DNA of 64,000 nt from Acidobacteriota bacterium (GTDB lineage: Bacteria > Acidobacteriota > UBA6911 > RPQK01 > JAJDTT01). Below are positions 9,594 to 19,855 of this stretch, piece after piece. Numbering within the stretch: position 1 is the stretch's first letter; the number at the start of each line of letters is the position of its first letter. The notes under the pieces are model-generated. The model was not told the DNA's origin. It did no database searches and was given only the letters and a program-made list of their open reading frames with translations. A program made the position numbers and the translations under genes. The stretch is from contig CBDCJH010000002.1 in NCBI GenBank assembly GCA_965217775.1, positions 1,216,001-1,280,000 of the forward strand. Direction: 5' to 3'.

Positions 9594-11021
9594 ATGCACA
9601 AGGAGGAGCTCAGACGACGCTTGGCGGCCATCGTGGGTGAGGACAAGGTCCAGTTCCACCCCTCCGAACTGGTGGTCTACGAGTGTGACGCCCTGATCTT
9701 TCACCGGCGGCCACCCGATTTCGTGGTCTATCCGTCTTCAGCCCGACAGATCCAGGAGATCGTTCGGCTCGCCTACGCCAACGACGTTCCCTACCTTCCG
9801 CGAGGCGCCGGAACCAGTCTCAGCGGCGGCGCCATTCCCATCACCGGCGGAATTCTGATCCAACTCTCCCATCTGAACCGTATCCTCGAGGTCAATGCCC
9901 AGGGGCGTTACGCCGTGGTGGAACCCGGCGTCATCAATCTGGAGCTTTCGGAACGGGTCAAGCCGCTGGGTCTCTACTTCGCACCCGACCCTTCCAGCCA
10001 GAGCACCTGCACCGTCGGCGGAAACATCGGCGCCAACGCCGGAGGTCCGCACTGCCTCAAATACGGCACCACGGTCCTCCATGTCCTGGCGGCGGAGGTG
10101 GTGACCCCCGAAGGAGACCTGGTCCAGTTGGGGAGTCCTCAGGGCGAGAGCGCCGGGTTCGACTTGACGGGACTCTTCACCGGGAGCGAAGGGACGTTGG
10201 GAATTCTGACCAAGGCCTGGGTCCGGCTGCTTCCACTCCCGGAGGAGGTCAAGACGTTCCTGGCCGACTTCACCAGCATGGCGGACGCCACCCGCGCGGT
10301 GAGCGACATCATCGCCCGGGGCATCATCCCGGCCGCCATGGAGATCATCGATCAATTGACGATCCAGGCGGTGGAAGACTCCCACTATGCGGCCGGTTAT
10401 CCCACCGACGCAGCGGCCGTGCTGTTGGTGGAGCTGGACGGCTTGGCATGCGAGATCGAAGACACCGAAGGTCTCATCGACCGGATGCTCAGGAACAACG
10501 GAGCCCGCGAGGTTCTGGTGGCTCGAGATGAAGTGCAGCGGGCCAAGCTCTGGGCCGGTCGGAAGAAAGCCTACGGCGCCTTCGGGCGGCTGGCCAAGAA
10601 CTTCTACCTGCAGGACACGGTGGTTCCCCGGACCCGCCTGACCGAAGTGCTGGAGAAGATTTATGCCATCGCGGACAAGTACGACTTTTCGGTGGTCAAC
10701 GTCTTCCATGCGGGTGACGGAAATCTCCATCCCATGCTTCCCTACGACGCCGGTGATCCCGAGGACGTGGTGCGGGTTCTGAAGGCCGCCGAGGAGATGG
10801 TCCGGGCTTCCATCGAAGCCGGAGGATCGCTCAGCGGGGAACACGGTGTGGGCCTGGAGAAGAGAGACCTCATGCCCTATCTGTTCTCGGATGACGACCT
10901 GAACGTGATGCGCGACATCCGGCATCTCTTCGATCCCAAGCAGCTCTGCAACCCGGAAAAGATCCTGCCTACGACCAAAGTCTGCATGGAGTTCCGGGAA
11001 AAGGGCGCCTTCATGCTCTAG
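9594..11021 (+). CDS. FAD-linked oxidase, glycolate oxidase GlcD-like
   Basis: RGAGTSLSGG, PDPSS, NAGGPHCLKYG, GSEGTLG, HAGDGNLHP, GEHGVG. Start placed at MHKEE after an AGGA SD. No glcE/glcF adjacent. Confidence 0.88.
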   Translation: MHKEELRRRLAAIVGEDKVQFHPSELVVYECDALIFHRRPPDFVVYPSSARQIQEIVRLAYANDVPYLPRGAGTSLSGGAIPITGGILIQLSHLNRILEVNAQGRYAVVEPGVINLELSERVKPLGLYFAPDPSSQSTCTVGGNIGANAGGPHCLKYGTTVLHVLAAEVVTPEGDLVQLGSPQGESAGFDLTGLFTGSEGTLGILTKAWVRLLPLPEEVKTFLADFTSMADATRAVSDIIARGIIPAAMEIIDQLTIQAVEDSHYAAGYPTDAAAVLLVELDGLACEIEDTEGLIDRMLRNNGAREVLVARDEVQRAKLWAGRKKAYGAFGRLAKNFYLQDTVVPRTRLTEVLEKIYAIADKYDFSVVNVFHAGDGNLHPMLPYDAGDPEDVVRVLKAAEEMVRASIEAGGSLSGEHGVGLEKRDLMPYLFSDDDLNVMRDIRHLFDPKQLCNPEKILPTTKVCMEFREKGAFML

Positions 11022-11038
11022 CAATCTAGGCCTTTCTA

Positions 11039-12364
11039 TTGAAGATCCCCAGTATCACCGTTCGGTTGTCGCGGCGTTTCTTGCCAAGATTCCGCGAGAC
11101 TCACGGGATTCGCTTCGCCGTCCAACTGCTTCCGGTCCTGCTGGGATTCTGGTTTCTGTGCGCCTGCGGCGAATCGGCGCCGGCTCCGTCCGCACCCTCC
11201 TGCCCGACGCTGCGTCTCGGCAGCGACCGGCTCTTGGAACAACCCTATCTGGGTTGGGTCGCAGGGAAATCGGTGGGACTCGTCGCCAACCACACGGCGG
11301 TGAACGCCAAGCTGGAAGGGGTCGCCGGCATGCTCTCCAACCACCCCGGGATTCAGGTGAAGGCCATCTTCTCTCCCGAGCATGGCTTTTCGGGTGACGT
11401 TCAGGCCGGCGTGCTCGTTCCCCATAAGTCCCGAATCTACAGTCTTTATGGGGCGCACCGTGCGCCGACACCGGAAATGCTCCGCGGCGTGGATCTACTC
11501 GTCTACGACATCCAGGACGTGGGAGTGCGTTTCTATACCTATATCTCCACTCTGTACGAATGCATGAAGGCGGCTGCGCGCGAAGGGATCCCCCTGATCG
11601 TCCTGGATCGGCCCAATCCCATCGGCGGCGACCGGATCGAAGGACCGCTTTTGGATGAGAGTCTCGTCTCCTTCGTGGGTGCTCATCCCCTCCCCATTCG
11701 CTACGGGATGACGGCGGGAGAACTGGCGCGCCTCTTCAACCAGGAAGGGAATCTGAGGTGCGAACTGAGGGTCGTTCCCATGGCGGGCTGGAGCCGTTCC
11801 CACTGGTACGATGAAACCGGTCTGGTCTGGATCCCTCCGTCTCCCAACATGCCCACCCTGACCACGGCCACGCTCTACGCCGGAATGTGCCTGCTGGAGG
11901 GCACGAATCTTTCCGAGGGAAGAGGGACCACCCGTCCCTTCGAACTGGTGGGCGCTCCCTGGCTCGACGCCACGCGTCTGGCGGCAGCACTCAACGCCCT
12001 CGAGTTGGACGGGGTCCATTTCCGGGTCCAGTCCTTCACTCCGACCTTCTCCAAATTCAAGGGCCAGGTCTGCCAGGGCGTCCAGATCCATATCGTGGAC
12101 CGGGACCGGTTCAATCCCATCGCCTGTGCCCTGCACCTTCTCCGTCAGACGCTCGATCTGCACCCGGAAGAGTTTAAGTTCCACGATCAGATGTTCGATC
12201 TACTGGCGGGTCAGTCCGGACTCAGGTCCGATCTGCTTCAAGGGGTCGAGGTGGAGCAGACGGTGGCCTCTTGGCAGCCGGGCCTGGAGGCCTTCCGGGA
12301 GCGGAGATCCAGGCACCTCCTCTATCCGGAAGAAGAGGAAGGAGGAGTGAGGAGTGAGAAATGA
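11039..12364 (+). CDS. namZ: Exo-beta-N-acetylmuramidase NamZ family (DUF1343), probable lipoprotein
   Basis: FSPEHG, DIQDVGVRFYTY, LDRPNP, PPSPNMP, SEGRGTTRPFE. Lipobox-like CAC. Exact start uncertain. Confidence 0.88.
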   Translation: MKIPSITVRLSRRFLPRFRETHGIRFAVQLLPVLLGFWFLCACGESAPAPSAPSCPTLRLGSDRLLEQPYLGWVAGKSVGLVANHTAVNAKLEGVAGMLSNHPGIQVKAIFSPEHGFSGDVQAGVLVPHKSRIYSLYGAHRAPTPEMLRGVDLLVYDIQDVGVRFYTYISTLYECMKAAAREGIPLIVLDRPNPIGGDRIEGPLLDESLVSFVGAHPLPIRYGMTAGELARLFNQEGNLRCELRVVPMAGWSRSHWYDETGLVWIPPSPNMPTLTTATLYAGMCLLEGTNLSEGRGTTRPFELVGAPWLDATRLAAALNALELDGVHFRVQSFTPTFSKFKGQVCQGVQIHIVDRDRFNPIACALHLLRQTLDLHPEEFKFHDQMFDLLAGQSGLRSDLLQGVEVEQTVASWQPGLEAFRERRSRHLLYPEEEEGGVRSEK

Positions 12365-12484
12365 GAGAGGAAGGCACGCGCCACCAGCAGGGTCGAGGAT
12401 AAGGTCCTGCTGGTTCATAGAGTTGCCGTCAATATTTTAGTTCCTTAGTCTCAAAATCCTGTGCAAATGGACGAAAAATTATCG

Positions 12485-12510
12485 GTAGGGGCGCCCCTTG
12501 TGGGTGCCCT
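12485..12510. repeat. GTAG-type REP-like palindrome
   Basis: GTAGGGGCGCCCCTTGTGGGTGCCCT: GTAG head plus an imperfect GC-rich stem, between convergent genes. Confidence 0.5.
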
Positions 12511-12607
12511 CTTCGGTCCAAACCGGAGCAAGACGCGGCCAATTGAAGGTCCGGGAGCTGGAACGCCGCCGCTCAGGCGAAGAAATTTTGGTTCCGGCTA
12601 CGCCGGC

Positions 12608-14041
12608 TTAGGGGACTGTAGGCGATTGCGAAGGTGGTGAGGTCTTGGGATCCGGAACCGACTCGTACTCCTTGAGCAGCTCGTTGAAATCCTTCCGGTA
12701 CCGGATCACGTCCAGGTCCGAGATCACCTGCTTCAGAATCCGGCGCACCAAGGGGACGAAAGTCTGCGGTTCCATGCGGATGGCTGCCGTCAGATGAACC
12801 ATGGCCTCATCCGGCTGCGATTGCACGGCGAAGAATTGGGCCAGCCGGAAACGCCCCTGCGGCCTGTCCGCGCCGTTCCGAATCGCCTCCAGAAAATGGC
12901 GTTGAGCCCCATCCTCTTCCTTGCGCTGATCCAGGAGCACGGCCAGACTGTAATGAGCCCGCCCTTCCTTGGGACTCACTTCAATTGCCCGTTTGAGAAA
13001 TCCCTCGGCCTTGTCCTTCATGCCCAGATGCACATGCATGGCGGCCGTGTTGTAGAGCGTGCTGAAGGTCTCTGCGCCCAAGTCCAAGGCTCTGCTGTAG
13101 GCCTCAACGGCCTCCCGATGCTTTCGCTGGAAGCTTAGGACGTCACCCAGGTTGGCCCACAACTGGTCGTTGTTCGGGGCCTGGTCCAAAGCCGCACGAA
13201 GGTATCGCTCCGCGTCGGCGTATCGCTTTTCCCTTCTTGCGATCAGCCCCAGGTTGGCCAGATTCCACGCGTCATTCTCGTCGGACCGGGAAAGTCGCCG
13301 TTTCGCCTCGTCGGGATTGCCCAGCTCCAGATAGAGGCCGCCCAGTTCCCGCAGAACCCCTGGATCGTCGGGTTTCAGCCGTTCCGCCTTCAACAATTCA
13401 TGCAGTGCCTCTTTTTTCCGCCCTGCCTCCAGGTGGAGCAATCCCAAGCGAAACCGAGCCTGGAAATCCTCCGGGTGGGTTCGGAGAAAGGACTGGTAGT
13501 GGCTTTGAGCCTTCTGATCTTGACCCAGCCGCTGATAAGCCTGCGCCAGGTTGATGTGGGTCTGGGCCGTGGAAGGATTCAACTTCAGGACCTGGTCGAA
13601 AGCGTCGACGGCGTCCTGATCCCGGCCCTGCCGGAAATGGATCACGCCCAGGAGATGCCAGGAAATGGGATCCTGAGGATCGATTTTCAGCGCCCGGCCC
13701 AAGTCCTCGCGGGAAGCCTGTATCTGTCCTTGTCCGAACCGGATCTGGGCCCGCATTTGGAGCCCCCGGGCGTTCTCGGCCTCCAGCTCGATCAGGGCGT
13801 CGAGATGACCGACCGCCTGATCCAATTTCTTCTGTTGGAGATAGATTACGGCCAGGTTGTAACGGGCGGAGGCGAAAGCGGGAGAGATCTGGACCGCTTT
13901 CTCGAAGAACTCCGCGTGGCGGCTGGAGTACTGATCGGGGGTCCCGATCAGTTCCTCTCCTTTCCGGAACCATTCCACGGCGCGCTGGTCGATCTGGGCG
14001 CCGGCTTGAAACAACAGCCAGAGGGCAAGAAAGAGGCTCAT
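12608..14041 (-). CDS. Secreted TPR-repeat protein
   Basis: Signal peptide MSLFLALWLLFQAGA; about 12 TPR-like units (A.YNLA..Y, A...L..AL..dP). Confidence 0.85.
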   Translation of the reverse strand: MSLFLALWLLFQAGAQIDQRAVEWFRKGEELIGTPDQYSSRHAEFFEKAVQISPAFASARYNLAVIYLQQKKLDQAVGHLDALIELEAENARGLQMRAQIRFGQGQIQASREDLGRALKIDPQDPISWHLLGVIHFRQGRDQDAVDAFDQVLKLNPSTAQTHINLAQAYQRLGQDQKAQSHYQSFLRTHPEDFQARFRLGLLHLEAGRKKEALHELLKAERLKPDDPGVLRELGGLYLELGNPDEAKRRLSRSDENDAWNLANLGLIARREKRYADAERYLRAALDQAPNNDQLWANLGDVLSFQRKHREAVEAYSRALDLGAETFSTLYNTAAMHVHLGMKDKAEGFLKRAIEVSPKEGRAHYSLAVLLDQRKEEDGAQRHFLEAIRNGADRPQGRFRLAQFFAVQSQPDEAMVHLTAAIRMEPQTFVPLVRRILKQVISDLDVIRYRKDFNELLKEYESVPDPKTSPPSQSPTVP

Positions 14042-14057
14042 GATGGGTTCGTCCGAA

Positions 14058-15011
14058 TCAGGAGAGAGTTTTCTCTCGGGGTTGGGCGAAGTCCTCGAAA
14101 CGAGTCATTCGCTGAAGTTCCCGGTAACGCATCTCGATCTCGGTAAGGGTCACCTCCTTGAGGCGGTCCAGCGAGAAGCCTTCGACGGTGAAGCTGGCCA
14201 TGACGGAGCCGAAGATGACGGCTTGCCGGAGGGCGCGGCGGTCCGACCGGCCGGTCCCGGCCAGGTAGCCCATGAAGCCGCCGGCGAAAGTGTCGCCGGC
14301 GCCGGTCGGATCCAGCACGTCGGCCAGCGGGTAGGCGGGAGCACCGAAGACATCCAGGCCGCCTCCCGCCTCCCGCCGGAACATGAGTGCGCCGTATTCC
14401 CCTCGCTTGACCACCAGGATGCGGGGGCCCCAGCCCAGGATCTTCTCGGCCGCCCGGACCAGGTTCGGTTCCCGGGAGAGCTGCCGCGCCTCGGCGTCGT
14501 TGATGAGGAGGATCCCCACCCCCTTGAGAGTCTCGAGCAGGGAGGGGAAATGTTCCTGGATCCAATAGTTCATGGTGTCGCAGGCCACCAGTTTGGGCTG
14601 CCTGACCTGCAACAGCACCTGCCGTTGGAGTACGGGGTCGAAATTGCCCAGGAAGAGATACTCGCTGGTCCGATAATGTTCGGGGAGGTTGGGCCGAAAG
14701 TCGGCCAGGACGTTCAGTTGGGTGTCGAGGGTCTGGCAGTCGTTGAGATCATATCCGTACTTGCCGGCCCAGCGGAAGGTCCTGCCCGGCAGGACCTCCA
14801 GTCCCGCCAAGTCGATGTTTCTGGACTCCAGCAAGGAGACGTCCTGCTGTCGGAAGTCGTTCCCGACGGCCGCCACCATCCGGACATCGGTGAAATAGCC
14901 GGCCGCAATGCTGAAATAGGTCGCCGCCCCGCCCAGAACCTCCGTTACCTTGCCGAAGGGGGTCTCCACGGAATCGTAGGCGACCGAACCCACTACCGCA
15001 ATGGAACCCAT
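14058..15011 (-). CDS. PfkB-family carbohydrate/nucleoside kinase
   Basis: VGSVAYD, LGGAATY, INDAEAR, DPTGAGDTFAGG. Start placed at MGSIAVV. Confidence 0.9.
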   Translation of the reverse strand: MGSIAVVGSVAYDSVETPFGKVTEVLGGAATYFSIAAGYFTDVRMVAAVGNDFRQQDVSLLESRNIDLAGLEVLPGRTFRWAGKYGYDLNDCQTLDTQLNVLADFRPNLPEHYRTSEYLFLGNFDPVLQRQVLLQVRQPKLVACDTMNYWIQEHFPSLLETLKGVGILLINDAEARQLSREPNLVRAAEKILGWGPRILVVKRGEYGALMFRREAGGGLDVFGAPAYPLADVLDPTGAGDTFAGGFMGYLAGTGRSDRRALRQAVIFGSVMASFTVEGFSLDRLKEVTLTEIEMRYRELQRMTRFEDFAQPREKTLS

Positions 15012-15024
15012 GCCGTGTTCTCCA

Positions 15025-15885
<861 letters not shown>

Positions 15886-16000
15886 ATCAAGTTCTCAATA
15901 TTATCTTTTTTTGAGAAATGCTGTCGGTGGTGACCCTGGGGATTCCGGGAACGGCGTCAACTGCCGTCAACCTGGCCTGAATGCTCACGTCTCGCCGAAC

Positions 16001-16843
16001 TCAGTCCTCCCACGGAACCGGTTCGACCACATACCTGCCCTCTCGGCGGCTCATGACGCCGGCCACCACATCAGGGTCGTGGTCGAAGAGCAGGAGCCAC
16101 TTCTCCGCCACCGCGCGGGAATAGATGCGCTTTCTCGTTTCCAGAGTGGTCAAAGGGAAGAGATCGTAACCCATGATCCAAGGGAGTGGAACATGGGCCG
16201 TGGTCGCGCAGAGGTCCCCCAGGAAGAAGGCGGTCTCCCCGCCGGACTGGACCTTGACCGAGTGATGTCCGGGAGTGTGTCCGGGAGTGTGGACCAGCGA
16301 AACGCCCGGGACGATCTCCTGCTCTCCATCGACGAGCTTGAGTTGGTGCGCCTCTTGTAGCGGCACCCAGTTCTCGGTCCGGTAGGAATCGGCCGTCCTC
16401 TCGTTCCTGCCGGTCGCCGTCAAGTAGTCTTCACGCGCGACGATGTAGGTGGCGTTGGGGAAGTTGGACACCACCTGCCGACCCTCCCAGCGAGTGTTGC
16501 CGCCACAGTGATCGAAGTGAAGATGGGTGTTGATCACCAGGTCGACGTCCCCCGGTTCCATGCCCAGGTTCGCCAGACGGGCAACGACGTCCGGCTCCTT
16601 GCCGACACCGTAGATGTCCTGCTCTTTGGGGGAGTACTTTCGTCCGGCTCCGGTGTCCACTAGGATGGCTTCGTGGGGCGTGCGGATGAGGAGGCAGTTG
16701 AGGCCGAGCCGCACCCGGTTGCGGTCGTCGGGACGCATCTTCCGCTCCCAGAGGACCCTGGGCACGATTCCGAATACCGCGCCGCCGTCCAAGCGGATGG
16801 AGCCGTCGGAGATGTGGTTGAGTTGGAACCTACCCAGCCTCAT
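16001..16843 (-). CDS. MBL-fold metallo-hydrolase (YtnP-like)
   Basis: LDGGAVFGIVP, THLHFDHCGG, PGHTPGH, YDLFP, FDHDP. Confidence 0.9.
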   Translation of the reverse strand: MRLGRFQLNHISDGSIRLDGGAVFGIVPRVLWERKMRPDDRNRVRLGLNCLLIRTPHEAILVDTGAGRKYSPKEQDIYGVGKEPDVVARLANLGMEPGDVDLVINTHLHFDHCGGNTRWEGRQVVSNFPNATYIVAREDYLTATGRNERTADSYRTENWVPLQEAHQLKLVDGEQEIVPGVSLVHTPGHTPGHHSVKVQSGGETAFFLGDLCATTAHVPLPWIMGYDLFPLTTLETRKRIYSRAVAEKWLLLFDHDPDVVAGVMSRREGRYVVEPVPWED

Positions 16844-17253
16844 TCCTTCGATTGGACGGGCGCCTGGGTCAGTTCCACCAGGACTCCCCCGGTGCTGCGG
16901 GGATGGATGAAGGCGATGAGGTGGCCGCCGGCTCCGATGCGCGGAACCTCGTCGATCAGGTCCACGTTCCGTTCTCTCAACCGTCTCAGATCCGCTCGGA
17001 GATCGTCGACCTCGAAGGCGAGGTGATGAATGCCTTCCCCTCTTTTTTCCACGAAGCGGGAAATGACCGAGTCGGGTTCGGTCCCCTCGAGCAATTCGAC
17101 GGCTGTATCTCCGACCGGCAGGATCGCCGCACGAACCTTCTGATCCGGGACGGTTTCGGTCGTATCCACCTCGAGTCCCAGATCTTGGTACAGGCGGGAA
17201 AGAGACTCCAGAGAGCGGGTGGCGATCCCCACGTGGGCCAATCGTCGGATCAC
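16840..17253 (-). CDS. mce: Methylmalonyl-CoA epimerase
   Basis: HVGIA, DQKVR, ELLE, RGEGIHHLAFEVDD, FIHPRSTGGVLVEL; directly downstream of meaB. Confidence 0.92.
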   Translation of the reverse strand: MIRRLAHVGIATRSLESLSRLYQDLGLEVDTTETVPDQKVRAAILPVGDTAVELLEGTEPDSVISRFVEKRGEGIHHLAFEVDDLRADLRRLRERNVDLIDEVPRIGAGGHLIAFIHPRSTGGVLVELTQAPVQSKE

Positions 17254-18212
17254 TTTTTAAGTCCTGATCGCTCGAAGATGCGATCCACCAGAGTATAGGG
17301 GTCCACCTCCCGGTTGGCCATTCGCCGCGCCCATCGATCCAGTTCTCTCGAACCCATATCGTACGCGACCTGCTGAGCCATCCGGTCGCGAATCATCTCC
17401 AGGACTTTCTGCCGGCAGAGGAAGACTCTCCTCCGGGAAGCCGCCCCCTTTTGGTCCGTGAACCTGCGGTACGCTTCCACGGCCTCGGCCACCTCGTCGA
17501 TTCCCTGGCCCCGAGTGGCTACCGTCTGAACGATGGGAGGGTCCCAGCCGTCGTCCCGCGCTGCCAGGGAGAGGACGGCTCGGATTTCCCGCTCCGTCTT
17601 CATGGCGTCGGGGCGATCCGCCTTGTTGATGACGAAGATGTCCCCGATCTCCATGATTCCGGCCTTGATGCTCTGGATGTCGTCTCCCATGCCCGGGACC
17701 AGCAGGACCAGGACCACCTCCGCGGTCCGCACCACGTCGACCTCATCCTGACCGACCCCCACCGTCTCCACCATCAGGCGCTCGAAGCCGCCGGCGGCCA
17801 GCACCAGGAGGGCGTCGTCCACCGCGCTTGAGAGTCCTCCCAGACGGCCCCGCGTGGCCATGCTGCGGATGAAGACTCCCGGGTCGGTGAACAGATTCTG
17901 CATCCGCACGCGATCGCCCAGCAGGGCTCCCCCCGAAAAGGGCGAAGTCGGATCCACGGCCACGATCCCCACCTTCTCGCCGGCCTTGCGATAGTGACGA
18001 GCCAGCGCCTCCACCAAGGTGCTCTTCCCGGAACCGGGACTGCCGGTGATCCCCATCACCCACGAGCCGCCGGTCTTTCGAAAGAGAGCCTTGAGCAGAT
18101 TTCGGGTCGATTCCGTCGGGGAATTCTCGACTTCGGTCAGGGTACGGGCCAACTGGCGCACGTCACCGCGGCAGATGTTCCGAACTTCGTCCCGTCTTTC
18201 CAGATCGGTCAC
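17250..18212 (-). CDS. meaB: Methylmalonyl-CoA mutase-associated GTPase MeaB
   Basis: GITGSPGSGKST, AVDPTSPFSGGALLGDRVRM, RSMATRG, ETVGVGQDE, NKAD. GTG start at 18212 avoids overlap with the upstream gene (ORF track extends to 18275). Confidence 0.92.
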   Translation of the reverse strand: MTDLERRDEVRNICRGDVRQLARTLTEVENSPTESTRNLLKALFRKTGGSWVMGITGSPGSGKSTLVEALARHYRKAGEKVGIVAVDPTSPFSGGALLGDRVRMQNLFTDPGVFIRSMATRGRLGGLSSAVDDALLVLAAGGFERLMVETVGVGQDEVDVVRTAEVVLVLLVPGMGDDIQSIKAGIMEIGDIFVINKADRPDAMKTEREIRAVLSLAARDDGWDPPIVQTVATRGQGIDEVAEAVEAYRRFTDQKGAASRRRVFLCRQKVLEMIRDRMAQQVAYDMGSRELDRWARRMANREVDPYTLVDRIFERSGLKK

Positions 18213-18235
18213 TTTCTCGATCCGCGCCGGTGGTA

Positions 18236-19324
18236 TCAGGCGTATTTCTCGCGCAGAATCCGAGCCCCGCCGCACATGGCCTTGAGCTTCAGGTAGGCCT
18301 CGTCCAGGTCCATGGGATTGAGACTGGACGGGGCGAATCCACAGTCGGGGTTCAGGGTGATCCGTTCCGGCGGGACGAACTCCAGGGCCCGCTCGACACG
18401 GCCGACCACTTCCTCAGGAGTCTCCACATGCCGGTCGGTGTGGTCGATCACTCCCAGCCCGAGAAGCTTGTCCGGGGGAAATCGCCGGAGGCTCTCGACG
18501 CCGCCGGCATCCGGTGTGGCGAACTCCATGGCGATGCGATCCACGTTCATCTCTCCCAAGGCGTCCATGATGAGATGGTACGGACCGCGTGTGGAGTGGG
18601 CCCGGTTGAAGTGGGCGTGGCAGAGGTGGACGCTGATGAAGGCCCCCTCGAATCCTCGGACCGTCGCATTGAAACAGTCGACGCACAGAGAGATCTCCTG
18701 CTCGATGTCGACAATGCCCTCACGTTCCCGGTAGTCGGCATCCACCAGCAGCGCCAACCAGGGATCGTCCAACTGGATGGCATCGACGCCACAGGCGATG
18801 AGCTCCCGGATTTCCCGGCGCAGGAAGGGAATGCAGGCGTGCATGAAGGCCTCCCGGGTGGGGTAGGCCCCGGTCGAATACCGGGGGTCCCACATCCGCC
18901 GGCCCAAAGTGTAGGCGGAGGGGACGGCGGCCAGAATCCGCCGGTCCGTATGCTCGCGGACGAAACGGACTTCGCCCACGGCCATGAAACGGTGGGCCTT
19001 CATCTCGGACACGACGGAAGGGTATCTGAGCTGGGGGAAATTGGAGGCTCCGGCCGAGACCGTATCGTTCTCGAAGCCGGAGACCGCCTCGGAGAAGACC
19101 TTCATGTAGCTCTCGCGGCGCCATTCCCCATCGGAGACGTAGTCGAGGCCGGTCCGTTCCTGCATCTTCAGGTTCGACGGAATCGCTTCGTTCAGAAGTC
19201 GGTCCGCTTCGGTGGCATCGATATGTCCCGCCTTCCGGTCTTCGATCAGTTCGCGTATCCACTCCGGCCGGGGGAGGCTTCCGACCACCAGGGTAGGGAA
19301 GGGGTGAGGGATCGTTTCCTTCAT
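18236..19324 (-). CDS. Cobalamin-independent methionine synthase II family protein (single barrel)
   Basis: VGSLPRP, SDGEWRR, IQLDDP, Zn ligands HLC...E, NPDCG. Confidence 0.88.
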   Translation of the reverse strand: MKETIPHPFPTLVVGSLPRPEWIRELIEDRKAGHIDATEADRLLNEAIPSNLKMQERTGLDYVSDGEWRRESYMKVFSEAVSGFENDTVSAGASNFPQLRYPSVVSEMKAHRFMAVGEVRFVREHTDRRILAAVPSAYTLGRRMWDPRYSTGAYPTREAFMHACIPFLRREIRELIACGVDAIQLDDPWLALLVDADYREREGIVDIEQEISLCVDCFNATVRGFEGAFISVHLCHAHFNRAHSTRGPYHLIMDALGEMNVDRIAMEFATPDAGGVESLRRFPPDKLLGLGVIDHTDRHVETPEEVVGRVERALEFVPPERITLNPDCGFAPSSLNPMDLDEAYLKLKAMCGGARILREKYA

Positions 19325-19855
19325 GCTGCATTCGCTCCTGGAGCCTCTCGCCATTGGGTTTCCTTGGATCGGCCTCGCATTCTTCCCCGGGCCGCGGCAA
19401 ATGCTGCCGGCGCCCAGTCTACTATGAGCCGGCTCCGGGAGTCCGGGGTGAGGGTCACAAGAGACGGATTCGGGGGTGTTGCCGGGGACTGAAAAGGCTC
19501 GAGGAAGGGTCTATCCACCGGCATTGGACCAACCTCGCCAGACTCCGGAGTGAGATCCGGTTCCCCGCCCCCCGGCGTCGTTTCGACGGAGGATCCGGGT
19601 GCGCTACGCTCAGTCGCTGCCGGCGAGGGCGGTCCGGGTGGAATATTTCACTAAATTATCACTATATCAACCAAAATATCACTCGGATTGCACTCTGGTG
19701 CTCCAAAATCGTCCGGGTTGCTCCTTACAATTGACACATTGTCTATTGCACAGAACTCATCTGCTATAGAATTGAAGGACACTGTCGCCTTTTCCGAGCT
19801 TCTCCACTACAGGGCCGAATGGTCAAGTGAGTGTAAGGAGCCATGTGAGCGTCAC

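Noticed and set aside
19325-19690. Cobalamin or SAM riboswitch upstream of the MetE-like/meaB genes
   Set aside because: No B12-box or SAM-I consensus recognised by eye on the minus strand; an Rfam/Infernal scan would be needed to exclude it.
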